Positions 27,911-41,588 of a DNA stretch of 64,000 nt are shown here, piece by piece. The stretch comes from Daphnia carinata (Eukaryota): contig NC_081332.1 of NCBI RefSeq assembly GCF_022539665.2, forward strand, positions 3,782,001 through 3,846,000, given 5' to 3'. Both the position numbers and the translations under genes were made by a program. Within the stretch, counting starts at the first letter, position 1, and the number at the start of each line of letters is the position of its first letter. The notes below the pieces were generated by a model, which worked only from the letters and a program-made list of their open reading frames with translations, was not told the origin of the DNA and did no database searches.

Positions 27911-28617
27911 CGTGATGCTTTTTTGTTTTTTTGTTTTCTTTTATTTTGTCAAATAGGCAAGGCGAAAACGTGGTTAAGATGGAAGAGCGTGAGCGGGGAC
28001 GGAATGAAGAAGAGTCACGTTTCATGAGCTGGGAGAAGCAGAGAGGGGGGCCATCACGATCGCTTTCGGGTTGCCTAACCTACGCTTCTCTAAACCAAAC
28101 AATAGCAGCAGGTTCACAGAAGTGAACGGCCAAGAAATCGGGTCAACGGTGACGAGACACCGGGCAGTAAATCACAAAAAAGTAATTGAAGGTGCAAATA
28201 AAAAAAAAAAAAAAAAACACAAAAAAAAAAAAATCAAAAAAAAAAAATAATTCAAACGAAAATGAGCCCACGCAGATAAATTGGTTCTTTAAAAAAATTA
28301 AAAAAAAATAAAAATATTTTGTTGTTGCCCAACAATGATTGTATTCACCGGCGCAAATCAGCGCGCTTGATTACTTCTTTTTGTTTCCGTGACCGATGGG
28401 TGTCGACCGTGAAACCCCTATTTTCCAATCATCAATTCCGACGCGCGTGGGATGCAACAAGACAACACAATTCAAATAAAAAGAAAGTTTCATTCCGTTG
28501 CGGTAAAATGAAGATGAACAAAAAAAAAAAAACCAGCAAAGTGGCACAAAGATCATTGCAAGACTTTAGGAAAAAGAAAGAAAGAAAATGATCATTTGTA
28601 ATTTTTTACTTTCTTTA

Positions 28618-28630
28618 CGCCATCTAGCGG
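28618..28630 (-). promoter_or_regulatory. CTCF-like motif
   Basis: CGCCATCTAGCGG = CCGCTAGATGGCG on the minus strand; binding not demonstrated. Confidence 0.4.
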
Positions 28631-29154
28631 CTGCACCATGAAACACACGCGTTCATGAGCAACAACACAAATCTTTCCCATTGAATTTGCTTCGGAAAGA
28701 GCCTCCCACCTTTTCCTTTTGATGAGCGGCTTAAAATTCAAATCAGGCACAAAGATCTCTGATCTCGAGTTAAATCCTGTTCGTATTCAATGCACTCGAC
28801 GCACTTCCTCTGCACCTACGAAAATTCAATCTGGCCATCGCAAATTAATCATAGAAAAAAAAAAAAAAGAAAAAGAAAAGAACTGCCAAGGTTTTTTGGT
28901 TGCTTACGGATACACACCCAACGAATGAAATGAGCTTGGAAACCTTCAACAACAGCTGGATCAAAATGATTGCAAGTCCATAAACCATTCAGCGCTCGCA
29001 AACTTTGTGTTTCGCTAATTGAAAATGCCACCCCGAAAAACGGGAACCCCATTTATATTTTTGGCAGGCCAAGAAAGGCAAGTTTTACCTATGTCTTGCT
29101 TTCTCTCTCTTTCTTAGCCATGAATTCAGAGTGTCTTATACCACTCAATCAATA

Positions 29155-29188
<34 letters not shown>

Positions 29189-29775
29189 AACAAAAAACAA
29201 AGAAACGAAAAGCTCCGCCCTGCCAAAGTCAAGTCGCACTTTCTTTCTAGTCGGGATATTGTCGTCGAGTACAAAACACCGGTCGACCATATCCTTCCCA
29301 TTTCTTTCTCTGGCGCGCTCTATGTGGGGTATACACAACATATCCATTGAATACATAAATATGTATCTTCAACCGAGCGCGAAAAGAATCCCTCCCTCAA
29401 AGCTTTTACACCCATCGAAATAGATCTCCCCTTTTTTTTTTTATTCGCTATACGCCTGCCGAAAAAATAAAAAATAAAATAAAAAGGGAGACAAAAACCA
29501 ATAGAGACACATCAAGCGAAACGTCGTGAAAAAAGGAAAAAGCAAAGCTCTTGTTTGCCATCTCCATCAGTGCGCATCGCGAAACAGCATATAATATCGA
29601 ATTGATTGAGACGAATGGCGACGTCACACGAAAAGATGGGTCCGCACACCACGCCCAAATGGCACAACAACAGCAACTGAACGCAGGAACGGAGATGGCC
29701 AACAATAAGAAGAGGACGCGTCAGACGTTTTACACATCTCCGAACTTTGAATGAAAAGAGCGATGCCAACTTTAT

Positions 29776-29813
<38 letters not shown>
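29776..29813. repeat. Long poly(G) tract
   Basis: Uninterrupted G run of roughly 38 nt; a second long G run lies at ~29156-29187. Confidence 0.8.
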
Positions 29814-29814
<1 letters not shown>

Positions 29815-31455
29815 ACGGAAAAGCCTTTTACCTGCCTCGTATTCACGTCGTCATTTAACGATCAAGTATAACGACACAAATTTATTTTCTTTTTAGATAA
29901 AAGAAGTCGTAATACGAAATGCTGTTCATTTGAGATTGATGCCGTTCTCGGAATCTAATCTGCGCACCAAAAGAAAAGAAAGTTGGGGGGGCCGTGCCAA
30001 ATTGTTCGCTCAGCTGGAGCTAAGCTCTTTCTAAGACTCTCCTCTCTCTCTCTCTCTCTCTCCACGTCATTTTGAAAATTGACAATCACGCAAGTATATC
30101 CCGCCTTGTCAGACATCATTAGTTTCTATTTCAAAAAGTGTGTGCGTGTTTTTTTTTTGTTTTTTTTATCAAGTCGTTTTTGCATCGATAGACAAATGAT
30201 GGCAATGTTCGTGAAATTCGCTCACGAAAATGATCCAATTTCGAAATCTTGAATTCGAAATAACGAAGCGCGTTTGTGAATAATCAAATCAGTAGAGTAG
30301 AAGAAGAGAAAAACGGATGAAATTGTTAAAGACATTTCGCCAAAATGATTCCGCTTTCTTTCCTCCAACAACTGCAAATTATATTTAAACGTGTCGCATA
30401 AAAAAAAAAACTAAATCTTCCCATTAAACAATAAGAAAACTGTCAACAATTCTGAAGAGGATTGCGGGCTCGAGTTGATTTAGTCACAAAACCAACAACC
30501 TCCTCGTGATCCGTAATAATTGGGGTCAAACGCATTTCGGATGCGCGTTCCCGCAGACCACTCCCCCTCCCCACTCATCTCGCCACAGTGGGGGGGGGGG
30601 GGGTGCAACATAACGAGCACCGTTTGAAACAAATCACCCAATCTTCGTAGCGTCGTCATGCTTTTCGAACCATCAACTCGTATTCATTCCACCCAGTGGA
30701 CTTGATCATCAAAAATTTGATACAACCTCTTTAAATAAATAAATAAATAAAAAAAAAAAAAAAAGGAAAGAAGGAAGGAAAGACGATCGATAAGATCTAC
30801 GTGTACCGACACAATGTAAAAAAAAAAAAAAAAAGTCACGCGGTCAAAATAATCTTACGGTAGACAAAGAGGATTTTAACGTACAACCGAATTATTCACG
30901 TTTCAAAAAGGAAAAGCGAGTTCACCAAGTCCACAAAAGGTACGACGACATGTTTGATCGTTCGGTAAACGCATCGGGAGTAACAAGTGATTTCCCTAAC
31001 CCGCTTCCCCTCTTCTCCCGCACATTCAATAACTGTCCACATGCAGCCATCGTTCCTACCCACAAAACCAAATAAAGATTTTATTTTTTTTTTTGAAGAA
31101 AGAAACAAAACGTAATAACGAAACGTGAAAAACGCATCTAGATTTCAAATCGTGTGTACTGTGTGTGTCCGCATTAAAACAGAAAAAAAACCTGAGCATC
31201 TAAGAGCTTTGCCTCTATAGATCGTAAGACGGTGTGTATGTGTGAGTGTGTCTTATGTGCGTTGTCGTGTTACGGCCTACACGGTTGCTGTGTGTGTATA
31301 TGCGTGTGAGTTGCTGCTGCTGTTACTCGCGTTTTAGTATTGATTGGCGAAGACCAAAGAGGCGGGACTTGACTCTCTCTCTCTCTCTCCCTCTCCCCTC
31401 TCTTCACTCTCTCAGTCCCTCCACCCGACTCTCCCTCATTTTGACGAGCCGAGGA

Positions 31456-31494
<39 letters not shown>

Positions 31495-32401
31495 GAAGGA
31501 TAGAAGTAAAAGAAGAAGTCGGAAAAGAAGTAGAGATGCTTCTCTACCACCGACCGTAACGGACCGCTCTCTCATTTTCTCCCCGGTATCGAAGGCGGGT
31601 GGGGGCTCCTTGTTAACACAAATATAGACACCGGTAACACAGACAAGAGTAGGGAAACTACACGCATAGTTTCTGTTTTAAAAAGAGTTCGGCCAAAAAG
31701 TTATGCGGTGGATGGCAAATGTGTGATCGTGCGTGTTGACGTAACTAGTGCACCATACCACGTTGTTTGTGTTTCAACTCGTTTTTTTTTGGTCTCTAAC
31801 GTGCCAGTGTGGAAGGCGCGATCGTGTTATTCAATTCTACCTGAAAATTCAAATCAACAAAATTTGCCTACCGTCGCAAAAAAAAAAAATAATAATAATA
31901 ATAACAAATTTCCAAGCAAACACGGTGAATGCAAATCAAACATCATTGAATCTTCGCAGAAAGAAAAAAAAAAAAAAAGGACGTGCAAGCGTCGCAGATG
32001 CGAGCCAGCGTCTCCAATTTCATTTGGATTCCTCTCTGTTGGATTTGCCCTTTTTAGATATTTTCAGCGATTCGACTATTGCGGACGGCTGGGGCCGCTA
32101 AGTTAGTATTGATCCAAAACATTCTCGGTATAGTCAACCAACTACAGACGGGCAGCTTGAACTATAGGCCACAAAATACGCAACCCGCTGTCTTTTATTC
32201 CGGATGAATCGTTAAGACACACGTATCATCAACGGTGAGGGGAAAGAAAAGAAAAAAAAAAAGGCCGACAAAACAAAATCGAATCAGCGGCCATGAGACA
32301 ATTAGGTTCGCCGATGTGCTAGTGAAACGAGCGCGCCGCATTCGAAGTAAATAGGTTCAAGCCATCGGAAGGGAAGAAGAAGCGAAACATAAAGTTCGAA
32401 G

Positions 32402-35024
32402 ATGCGGCCGTCTTCCAGTTTCTGGCTTTTATTGCTGTTGCGTTTATGCAACTGGGCTAGCGGGTCTTCCATCATGGGGCGCGATCACCAACAGCCGAGG
32501 ATAATCCATCCCAATCAATCAGGTACATCATCCACATCATGTCGGACAAGGCACCGAAAAACGAAGAAAAAAAAAAAAATAAAGAGCCTAACACACAAGT
32601 GCAGTTCCTCTCGACTCACTCGATCATTGACTCGTACGTAAAAAGACAATCAATTCAACTCAAAACCAAGATGAAAAAAAAAAAAAAAAATACATAGAAA
32701 CATGCTCGAGGCATCTTCAAAAATAGAAAGAGATGTGTAGCTTTCAGAGAACATTGATCGATGTTTGTAATTAACTGGGCAAATTTTTGGATCGAGTCCC
32801 TCCCATATAATAAAGAGCTACTCCGTTGTGCGAATCTTTCCGCTCTATTACCCTTTGACTAAATCATTTTCTTTTTTTGTGTGTTTCATTTCATTTCCTT
32901 TTTGTTTCCTTCCCCCCCCCCCCTTTTTTTTTTCTTCTTCTCTCCCCGCGCATCGATCCTTCCCCGACATGAAAAGATACCACGGCCGGATCATCATCAT
33001 CATCATCATCATCTAGATGGTTATCGACTTGGACGGTGCACGAGGGCCAGACCCGGGAAACGGTTCCAGTGATCAAGTCGATCAAAAGTCGGGGCTTCCT
33101 CGTTGGCGATTTCTGCGACGACACTGACCAATGCAATCCCGGCCTACCGCACACCGTCTGCAACGCCATGTCTCAACGATGCGAATGCGACCCGGACTTC
33201 CCTATCATCGTAGACAACTCTATTTGCGTCCCACGTATGTACTGCACATAACATACAAGATCCCCCCTCCCCCTTTAATTTATATATTAATTTTTTTTTA
33301 TATCGTGGAAACAGAAACCTAATTTTAGCTTTAATCCCTTCCCACGCGATCAGATGGGGGAGTCCCCTAAGAAATTCAAATGGTCAGAGAGCCACGTCCT
33401 TCACGTTTTATTTTTCACCTCATTCACAGTTGCGTGCGTTATTCTACAAATTTCGTTTCTATCTAACCGTGTCACATTTCTCCCTCTTTTTTTTTTTTTT
33501 TTTTACGTCCGCGCCAGTGCGCGCTGTCACGCGAAAGAAAAGAGAAAAAAGAAAAAAAGGGGGGTAATTTCAAAGAAAAGCTTAACACGGATATGTTTCT
33601 CTCTTCTTTTTTTTTTTTTTGTGGTGGGTATTCTGTTGGCCTTCTGGCTGGAGCAGCTTTGAAGCTGGGCGAACTTTGCCTGTACGACCAGTCGTGCCAG
33701 TACTTTGACCGCAATTCTGTCTGCGCAATGTCAGACGAAGGCAACGCACACGAGTGTCGTTGCCGGGCGGCATTTCGGCCGTCCATCACTCTCGAATCCA
33801 TTTCGCGAACCAGCCTTTGCATCCCAGGTTAGTAACGACCGTTTTCTTTTTCTTTTTATTTCCCCAGCCATAAGTTATTGTTTCGCTCATTAAAAAAAAA
33901 AAAAAAAATTAATCAAATTCGAAGAAGAAAATGACGAATTTCATTTGTTTTAGAGCCTCACGGTCCCTGGTTGAAATCGGACGTGCCGACCGTCATCGGA
34001 CTGGGTGTTGGCATGTCCATCTTCATGGCGCTGACTTGCCTCGTTCTCAAACTCTTCAGCAGGGCCCGGTTCGCTCAGGATCAGGCCAGAGGATACGGCA
34101 ACGCCCATCTGGCCCCGCCGACTAGCGCCAGCACCACCATGAACCACACTCACACAGGTACTTCTCCTTTGCCGCCACCCCCCTTCTATTTTTTTTTGCC
34201 CTCTCATGACGAGACCTACGCAACACATCATTATTTTTAGAAACATATTGCCCCCCCCCCCTTCTCCTCGTGTGTGTGTGCCTACAGAGTCATTCCCGAG
34301 CGACGGTTATTGATTTTGACTTGAATTTCATTCCAGATGGAAAACATCCGCCACGACCCAACAATCACCGACAGGTATCCATCACCGATTCCGAGACAGC
34401 TGCACCCACAGGTACGTGATCTCATCTACTTAATGGGAAGGGGGGGGGCCAAAGACAAAAGAACATAAAAGAGAAAAGAAAAGAAAAAAGGAACCCATAT
34501 TTCTAGCGTTCAATATCGGGAGCAACAACAACGCGCCGTTAGCAACAGCTGTGTCAACAGCGTGATCCGTCCTTTCCTATAGAGCTCCATAAAAGAAGAA
34601 ACAAAATAAAAAAAAAAAAAACAAAAAAACTAAACAACAGATGATGTTGGTGGAACGTTTGCTTGCGCACTACTCCAACCCAAAATCGTCTTATTTTGTT
34701 TATTTTTTGCCCCCTCCCCCCTTTTTTTATTTTATTTTTTATCATTTTAAATTCTTCGTTTAACCAGAAGATTTTTGTTTTAAAAACATACAAAAAACAA
34801 GTAAATGTTTTTCTACATAATTAGATATAAAGCCCCCCCTTTTTTTTCGTATGTGTTCACTTCGCTGCACATTTGTCCCCCCTCCTCCAACGTCCAACAT
34901 GGTTTCCTATAGATATCGTGACGCGTAGGACTAACTCGATCAACAACGGCGGTCATCACCATTCGCGCGGATCTTTCTATGGTACGTTTACTATGACGTG
35001 TGATCTGCGAGCTCACTCTTTCCA

Positions 35025-35055
<31 letters not shown>

Positions 35056-36948
35056 TTTCTCTTTTTTTCCTGTCCATCAACTTCACTCTTCGCTGATTTG
35101 TGTAGATGGCTAGATTCTCCCGGCAAAACGAAAATCCGGCATGGAATAGTAGCAGCCTATAGACGTTTAAGAAATACGACGACAAGTAGCCTATTGATCG
35201 ATTTTCCAATCAACCCACTCACACAACACGTGGGCTCATGGAAAACGAAAATACAACACAAAAAAAAAAAAAAAAAAAAGAAAGAAAGAAAAGAAGGGGA
35301 GAGAACCTTCTTTTTTGATTTGATCAAACACTTTCCCCCTGTCTCTTTTTCATTTCCTGTTGCCGGTTAGAAGGAAACCCGGAATACGATCCGGGGGAAA
35401 TGTTTTTTTTTTTTTTTTTTTTGTTTCATTGGACCTGAAACGTTTTATTTTCCGCACGATAAAAAAAAAAATAAAAATAAAAAAATAGGAGAAATAAGGG
35501 CCAAATGGAGTACACATGGGCATCCATTAACTTTCATCAACGTCTCCTCTTTAGCAAGTTGATGACGCGCGACTAAAAACCTAATAACCCGTGTCGCTCT
35601 TTCTCTTTCCGATGCCCTCCTCTTCAATTTCACCGCACATTCGCAATTGATGCCGACACAACCAAAGAGCTTCCCATTTATATTGTTTCCTCTTTTTTCT
35701 TCTTCTTCTTCTTAACTACACGCTCCGCTGTTGGCCAAGTTTCAGACGATTTATTAGACGAAATCAATCACTCCGTCCATAAAAAATAAATAAATAAAAG
35801 GCGCTCAACTACTGGGGGAAGACAACACGGTGATCAGAAGTTCGTTTTTTTTTTCGTAATCTCTCGTGAGAATTTGGCCAAGCGAAAAGAGCAAGTCGAT
35901 GGAGGACGCGTTGCTTGAAAGTTTTCTCTGGCAACACGTTCCACGCAGTCATCGACAAAATAGCGCATTGTGAGGTCAACGCGCTCAGAACTCCGAAAAG
36001 TATTAGACGAAAATTCGTTTCCCGATCCATCATCAACATAAAAAAAAAACAAAAAAAACATGGTGACGCTAAGTAGTAATCTCAAATGGCTTTTTCGGCT
36101 GTTCCGATGCAACGTTGTAGTGGACCAATCCGTGGTTTTAAAAATAGAAAGAAAGAAAGAAAGAAAGAAAGAAACGTACAACTTGAAGTAGAAAAGAACT
36201 CAAAATGTCAGGATGCAAATTTCTCGAAAAGCTTCAACTCGGTGAAAAACTAGAAGGGGACAAGTATCCACGCATCGATAATGAAATGGACCGTTTCACC
36301 TTCAAGTGGCGTACATCCGAAAATGCTCCCGCACATCTGCGAAGCCGCGACTGCATGATTAGCGAATGCATATCTCTCTCTCTCTCTCTCCCTTCTCCAT
36401 TTTACTGATCAATTTCGGCACTATTTAAAAATCTATACTAGTAGTAAAACCTTTTGAAAAATCATGGGCCATCCCTTTATATCGATCGGCCGGATGGGTA
36501 AACTGCACAAGGCATCAAGGGGGTAAAAGGCGGTACGTTTTGAAAGCGCTTTCAAAGCTGAGCAAATCGCACGAAATGCAATTGAGCATTATCGCAACAG
36601 CACATAGCATGGTGGACGCAAATTGAAAACGATGCACGCTAATAGTGTCTAGAAATAGAATAGAATAGCATTTTTTTCCTACCTTTAGTTCGGCTTTTCC
36701 ATGGGCCGTTTTTTTTTCTTTCTCGTTATCTTCTTATCCATTGCCAATCGGATTTTTTTTTCTTTTAATGAGCAGGTAGAAGGCAGAGCAATCATTCGGC
36801 AACGTACGAAGCCAGGAGTCCCATGAGGAGCCACAGGAGTGATGCATCCGCAAACCGCGATTCCATCAGCGCTCAAGCGGATACTGAAGATCGAACGCCG
36901 GCTCCGCTTCACCAATCCAACAATTCGATACGCTCTAGTCTAGAATGA
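32402..36948 (+). CDS. Single-pass membrane protein with signal peptide and two Cys-rich EB-like modules (uncharacterised arthropod family)
   Basis: Phase-consistent exons 32402-32522, 32977-33234, 33657-33827, 33954-34157, 34337-34411, 36776-36948; modules GDFCDDTDQC..TVC..RCEC..IC and LGELCLYDQSC..SVC..ECRC..LC; TM segment VIGLGVGMSIFMALTCLVL followed by KLFSRARF. First and last exons less certain. Confidence 0.78.
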
Positions 36949-38033
36949 AAGAAATGAAAACAAAACTCAATTATTATTGATAAGCAATTTTCAGAAAAAA
37001 AAAATAGTGCGAAATATCAGCCAAATGATTTCAACCTCACCTTTTACCATTTAGAATTTAAAGGAAAAAAAAGGAAAACTGCTCTTTCTATTTTTCTTTT
37101 GTCTCTCTCGCCTATTAGATTTCTAATTGACTCGCACTTAATACGTCGCATTTCTGAGACTTCTCATTAAAGATGAATTTGAAAAAAAAAAGAAACTATT
37201 GTGGAATTCACTACCAAAAAAAAAAAAAAAAAAAAAAAAAAGAAAAGAAAAAGAGAATGACCAACAATGATTTCTCTCTCAATGTTTTCAACGGTGCTGT
37301 GTACCCCCCCCCCCCTTTCCTTGAGCCCACGTTCAGAGGCATTAAATGGTCGGCATTCTCGTGAAATAACATGATTTATGTCAAAAAACAAAACAAAACA
37401 AAACAAAAACAATATCGATATTATATGGAATGTGTGTTAATATCATTTACGTGTACGTGATTGTGGAATTCGTTTCGTTCCCAGCTTTTCCCCCTTCTCA
37501 CTTCAAGATAAACCTTCAACGTCTTTTCCCTCAACAAATATTTGATGTCATATTACATAATAAACAATTTTCTATACATGAACATATTTACTCGCTCGGG
37601 TCTCAACGCTATTAATTTATTCAACAGGCACACCGGTAATAAGTATGCAAATAAAAACAGCATGCGTCAAAGAAAAAAAAAAAAAAAAAAAGGCCAACCA
37701 TTAATCAAGAGTTGTAGACATTTCCGTCTTTTTAAAACCATTCTATTCGAAATGGTAGGGAATAAAACAAGAGGAAGGAAGAACTCACGTCCAGGTCAGC
37801 TGATGACGGGTGGAAAAAAAAAAAAAAAAAGACCCATGGCTAAAGCTAACGGTTGTTTGACTACGACCTTTTTTATTTTTCCATTGCATCGTGCCTTATT
37901 CAGAAAACGCATGTAAGGTACTTTGAGACGGCAGACAGTAAATGCGTGCGAGGGGGACGGATCAGTCCCGCCCAGGTACGAGGCGAGTGTAGAAGCAAAA
38001 CGTCGTCTCGCGAAATCAAAACCAACAAGAAAA

Positions 38034-39290
38034 ATGCTGAACCGTTCAAAGCTGTGGCTTTTCTTAGTAATTGCAACGGGATGCTATCAAGCGCAGGTGA
38101 ACGCTCAGGTGTTCTCAATTGGACCTTGCCCAAGTGTCAACGTCGTCTCTAACCTTGATATTGATCGAGTAAGTAAACACATTTGAATACTTGAGTACTG
38201 ATTCAATTTAAGGTGAAAGAGAACAAGTCAAACCAATTCTTAATTCGTATGCGAAATGATGATGCAGAATGGCATCTACTGTTACGTGTCATTTAGACAT
38301 TAAAAGTTACTGTGGGTTTTCATCAAATTGGGAAAAAAAAATAGAAACAAATTATATTGTCACCATAAAAAGAAAATGGGACAATTTTCGGCGTGATGCA
38401 AACGACGGGTAACGCGTACGCCGTTGTAATATTACATCGATAAAAGTAAAAGCGTCAAAAAGATAAGGTTTCATTGCACCGCATAAAATTCAACTATGCG
38501 CATTGCGCATAGTCAAACGATGCAATCGCTTCAAACAGGAAAAACTTCACGAACTTCTTAATCTAATTTATTTCACTTTTGAATTCCGATGCGAAATTCG
38601 TCATCGGCTGAAATCGTGTCCGTAAAACACCGAAAGTACGTGGGCAAATGGTACGAGAATCGCAACTACTTTGCCATCTTCCAGGCTGGACTCGATTGCG
38701 TAACGGCGGAGTACGCGAAAGAGGGAGATAAGGTCAGCGTGAAAAACGTCGGAAGAAAAAAAATGTAAGTATTTAAAAAGGAAAATTGCCAACATTTTAG
38801 AATAATCAAACGGCCGTCAATTTTCTTTCATTAGCATTCGAACGCAATCAACCGTAATTGGAACAGCTCGCCAATTAGAACCTCCCAATGGCAAACTTGG
38901 AGTGACTTTTTCCGGTATTCCATGTAAGAGATTCGTTTAACCTTATTTGCTAAAAAAATACAAATTAATTACGCCAACGTTTCCCTTCTCTCCTCCACAA
39001 AAAATAGTTGCACCGGCCGACGCACCTTATTGGGTATTGGGCACTGATTACGATAAATATGCCGTGGTATGGAGCTGCACCAGTCGCGGATTTTTCAATT
39101 CACGTAACGTACAAGGAAAGCGATTTCATTGCATCAGCTTCATGTTTTGTTTTCCATTATAGAAATTGCTTGGATTCTAACTCGTGATCAATTTCCGTCC
39201 ACCACAACAATCAACACCGCATTGGCCGTGATGGCGTCAAACGGAATCGATCAGAGCAAACTGCAGATAACGAATCAGAAAAAATGCTGA
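38034..39290 (+). CDS. ApoD: Apolipoprotein D-like lipocalin, copy 1 (5 exons)
   Basis: Signal peptide, GPCPSVNVVSNLD|YVGKWYE (lipocalin GxW motif), CVTAEY, PYWVLGTDYDKYAVVWSC, AWILTR, terminal QKKC*; GT-AG introns in phase. Confidence 0.92.
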
Positions 39291-40427
39291 TCGCGAAATC
39301 TTAATTCATCGATCAATTCGCTAGCCAGTCAACAACGAGCCTAAAAATCCCGCATGGTTCTTGAAAATTGCCCAATTTTTATTTGCATTATTTAAAAAAG
39401 AAAAAAAGTCGCTATTTGATTTAATTAATTTAATCGCACAGTTGTGAAAATTAAAAGTAGTATCTTTGCAAAAAAAAAAAAAAAATGTTACAACTCTTTA
39501 AATATTGAATGGTAGTCCCACATACCCTAGATTAGTAAGCCCGCAAGAGGGGGGGGGGAGACTTCCTGGAAAATAACTAAACAACAAACTTTTTTTTAGA
39601 GAGGGCGGCAAACAGATACTAGCGTTGCGAGGCGGTTTGATGTGCTACTCCTGTTCCGTAGAGTCATAAACCCAACGGGTCTCACAAATTAAAAAGGCGA
39701 ATATTTTGTTAGTTTCAACTTTTGTAGGTTAGCTTCTCATACAAAGAACAAAGTTCGAGCCATCAAACTTTGTTTTTCGTGCACGGGCTTTTAAGGCATC
39801 CCATTCAAATACGTCCTCATGTTCGTGCACTTGGAAGTGCGGGGTGGTAGTAGACGAGGTGTTTCGTTACTCAACGGGTTCTCTAACGTTACGCCTTCAT
39901 TAATGCGGGGAGGAGGTTACGTCGACCTGAATAGAAGTGCGCTGCGATTTGCTTTAAGGCTGTAGATAACGATGATTGCGGTACCGCATACATCATAGAA
40001 TCAACATTTGCAATTTTCCTCCCTTGAGGAAGATGCATTCGAAATGATTTTCGAATGAAATTCATTTGCTACGATTGCGGCGTTTGAAAACAAGGGCACG
40101 TTCGCAAACTAAGGCAAGGTTCAATGGTCTAAATGCCCGGCATCGCTTCCCGAACTTTTAGAGTACACCATCAAACCCCATCAATCTACAATTGCCTGTC
40201 GCCTGATGAACGAATAGAAATAAGAGTTTGACCGATGGGCAATGAGGTTGATTCAAAGGTCACCCCGTGCAACATTGCGTAAGGAACAGGCAATCAAGAT
40301 CTTTGATTGTCACGGCTATTGTTTTTCACCCGAAAACCAAATTTCTTTGAAAAAGTAAAAAGGATTTTGGTTGCCAAGGGGTCAGGCACGTGCCTGGCTG
40401 GCCAAGTAGCCCAATCCTTTTGTCCCC

Positions 40428-40560
40428 ATGCTGGACAATATCGTCGTGCTATCGAAAAATGTAGACTTTATTTATTGGCTGCGGTGAGTTGGTGCGTCAC
40501 ACGCGGGGCACTGGGTTCTTGTCAACACGTCAGTGTCGTTACCCACTTCAAAAGACAAGG
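40428..40560 (+). pseudogene. Orphan, frameshifted ApoD-like first exon
   Basis: ALGSCQHVSVVTHFKRQG followed by a GTAAAT donor mirrors ALGSCPNLNVVSDFKIDQ|GT of the other copies; the nearby ATG (40428) is out of frame and no exons 2-5 follow before the next gene. Confidence 0.6.
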
Positions 40561-41588
40561 GTAAATATCGACCGATGAGAGTTGACCACATTTTTTTTTT
40601 TCAAGTTATGTAAAAATTGTTTGAACATTTTCATATTTGAACGACGGACAGTGAAAGCTTTAGGATTAACGCATAATAATTGTCAAAATGTCATCCCCTT
40701 TGCATTCTCTTTAAGGACAATTTACAACGTGACAAACACTTTCATTTATACTGCGTGTCGTAAACAAAACGAAGACAAATCTTGTGCTTAGTCACGCGTT
40801 TAAGCCTCGTTCACGCCACTGATACGAGCTTAGCTCTTCCCTTTTTAAAAACGCTCTAAGCTTCAGGGACACCAGGACGTCCGTGCTCCAATGAAACGCC
40901 CACTGCTTTAGTTTTCTAGATTTTTTATTCTTAAAAACAGAATTTTAAAACGCGTTCCTAAAACCTGCTTTTCCATTGCAACGTAAGGTGTCTCTGCCTT
41001 TGTGCGCTCCAAACAATTTGCTTCATAAAATCTTTTACTTAGGAATTTGAAAAAAATAGTTTTATTCTGGTGTCAATTAGGCTCAACATGAATGGTAACG
41101 TAAATCTCTAGAGGCAAAGCACGAATGTAAACAAACTTTCGCGTAAAGACGCCTTCGTAATCTCAATTACGGGTATGCACATCGACTCTTCACAATGGTG
41201 TACACTGATTCAATTGGGATAAGTATCCATCAGCCAGACACAAACTCGTATTAACGAAGCAGAATGGCCAATTTCCTAGCAACAAGCAACGATTTCATGG
41301 CCATTGAAAAAAAAGGGTGAAAATCAGCCAAGATGAAACGCAAGTTTCACATAATTGTTTCACATTGGTATGGCCTGATGATACATGTCCATTGTGCCGA
41401 GTCACAGCACACGTGCCGACAACGCAACCTGATTCCCTAACGGTTCTTTTTCTCTGTTTTTTTTCTCGACATCTTTACGTTTATAAAAAGTAGTGGGGTA
41501 TTCAAATGCTTGCACAAGCGAGATGGGGTCAGTAGCACGGGAACGGTAACAAAGCTCACGTCTCTCAGCGCGCATGTTTGTTTTTTAA

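Noticed and set aside
29156..29813. Poly(G) tracts as functional G-quadruplex elements
   Set aside because: Long homopolymers of all bases are abundant here and their lengths are error-prone; nothing singles these out.
20000..31200. Dozens of 60-130 aa ORFs rich in poly-K and poly-F
   Set aside because: They are translations of A/T homopolymers in non-coding DNA, with no domain signatures.
33017..33072. TAG acceptor at 33016 and the poly-His frame as exon 2 of the EB gene
   Set aside because: Splicing there puts exon 1 in a frame that stops at 33072; the AAG acceptor at 32976 gives the open frame.
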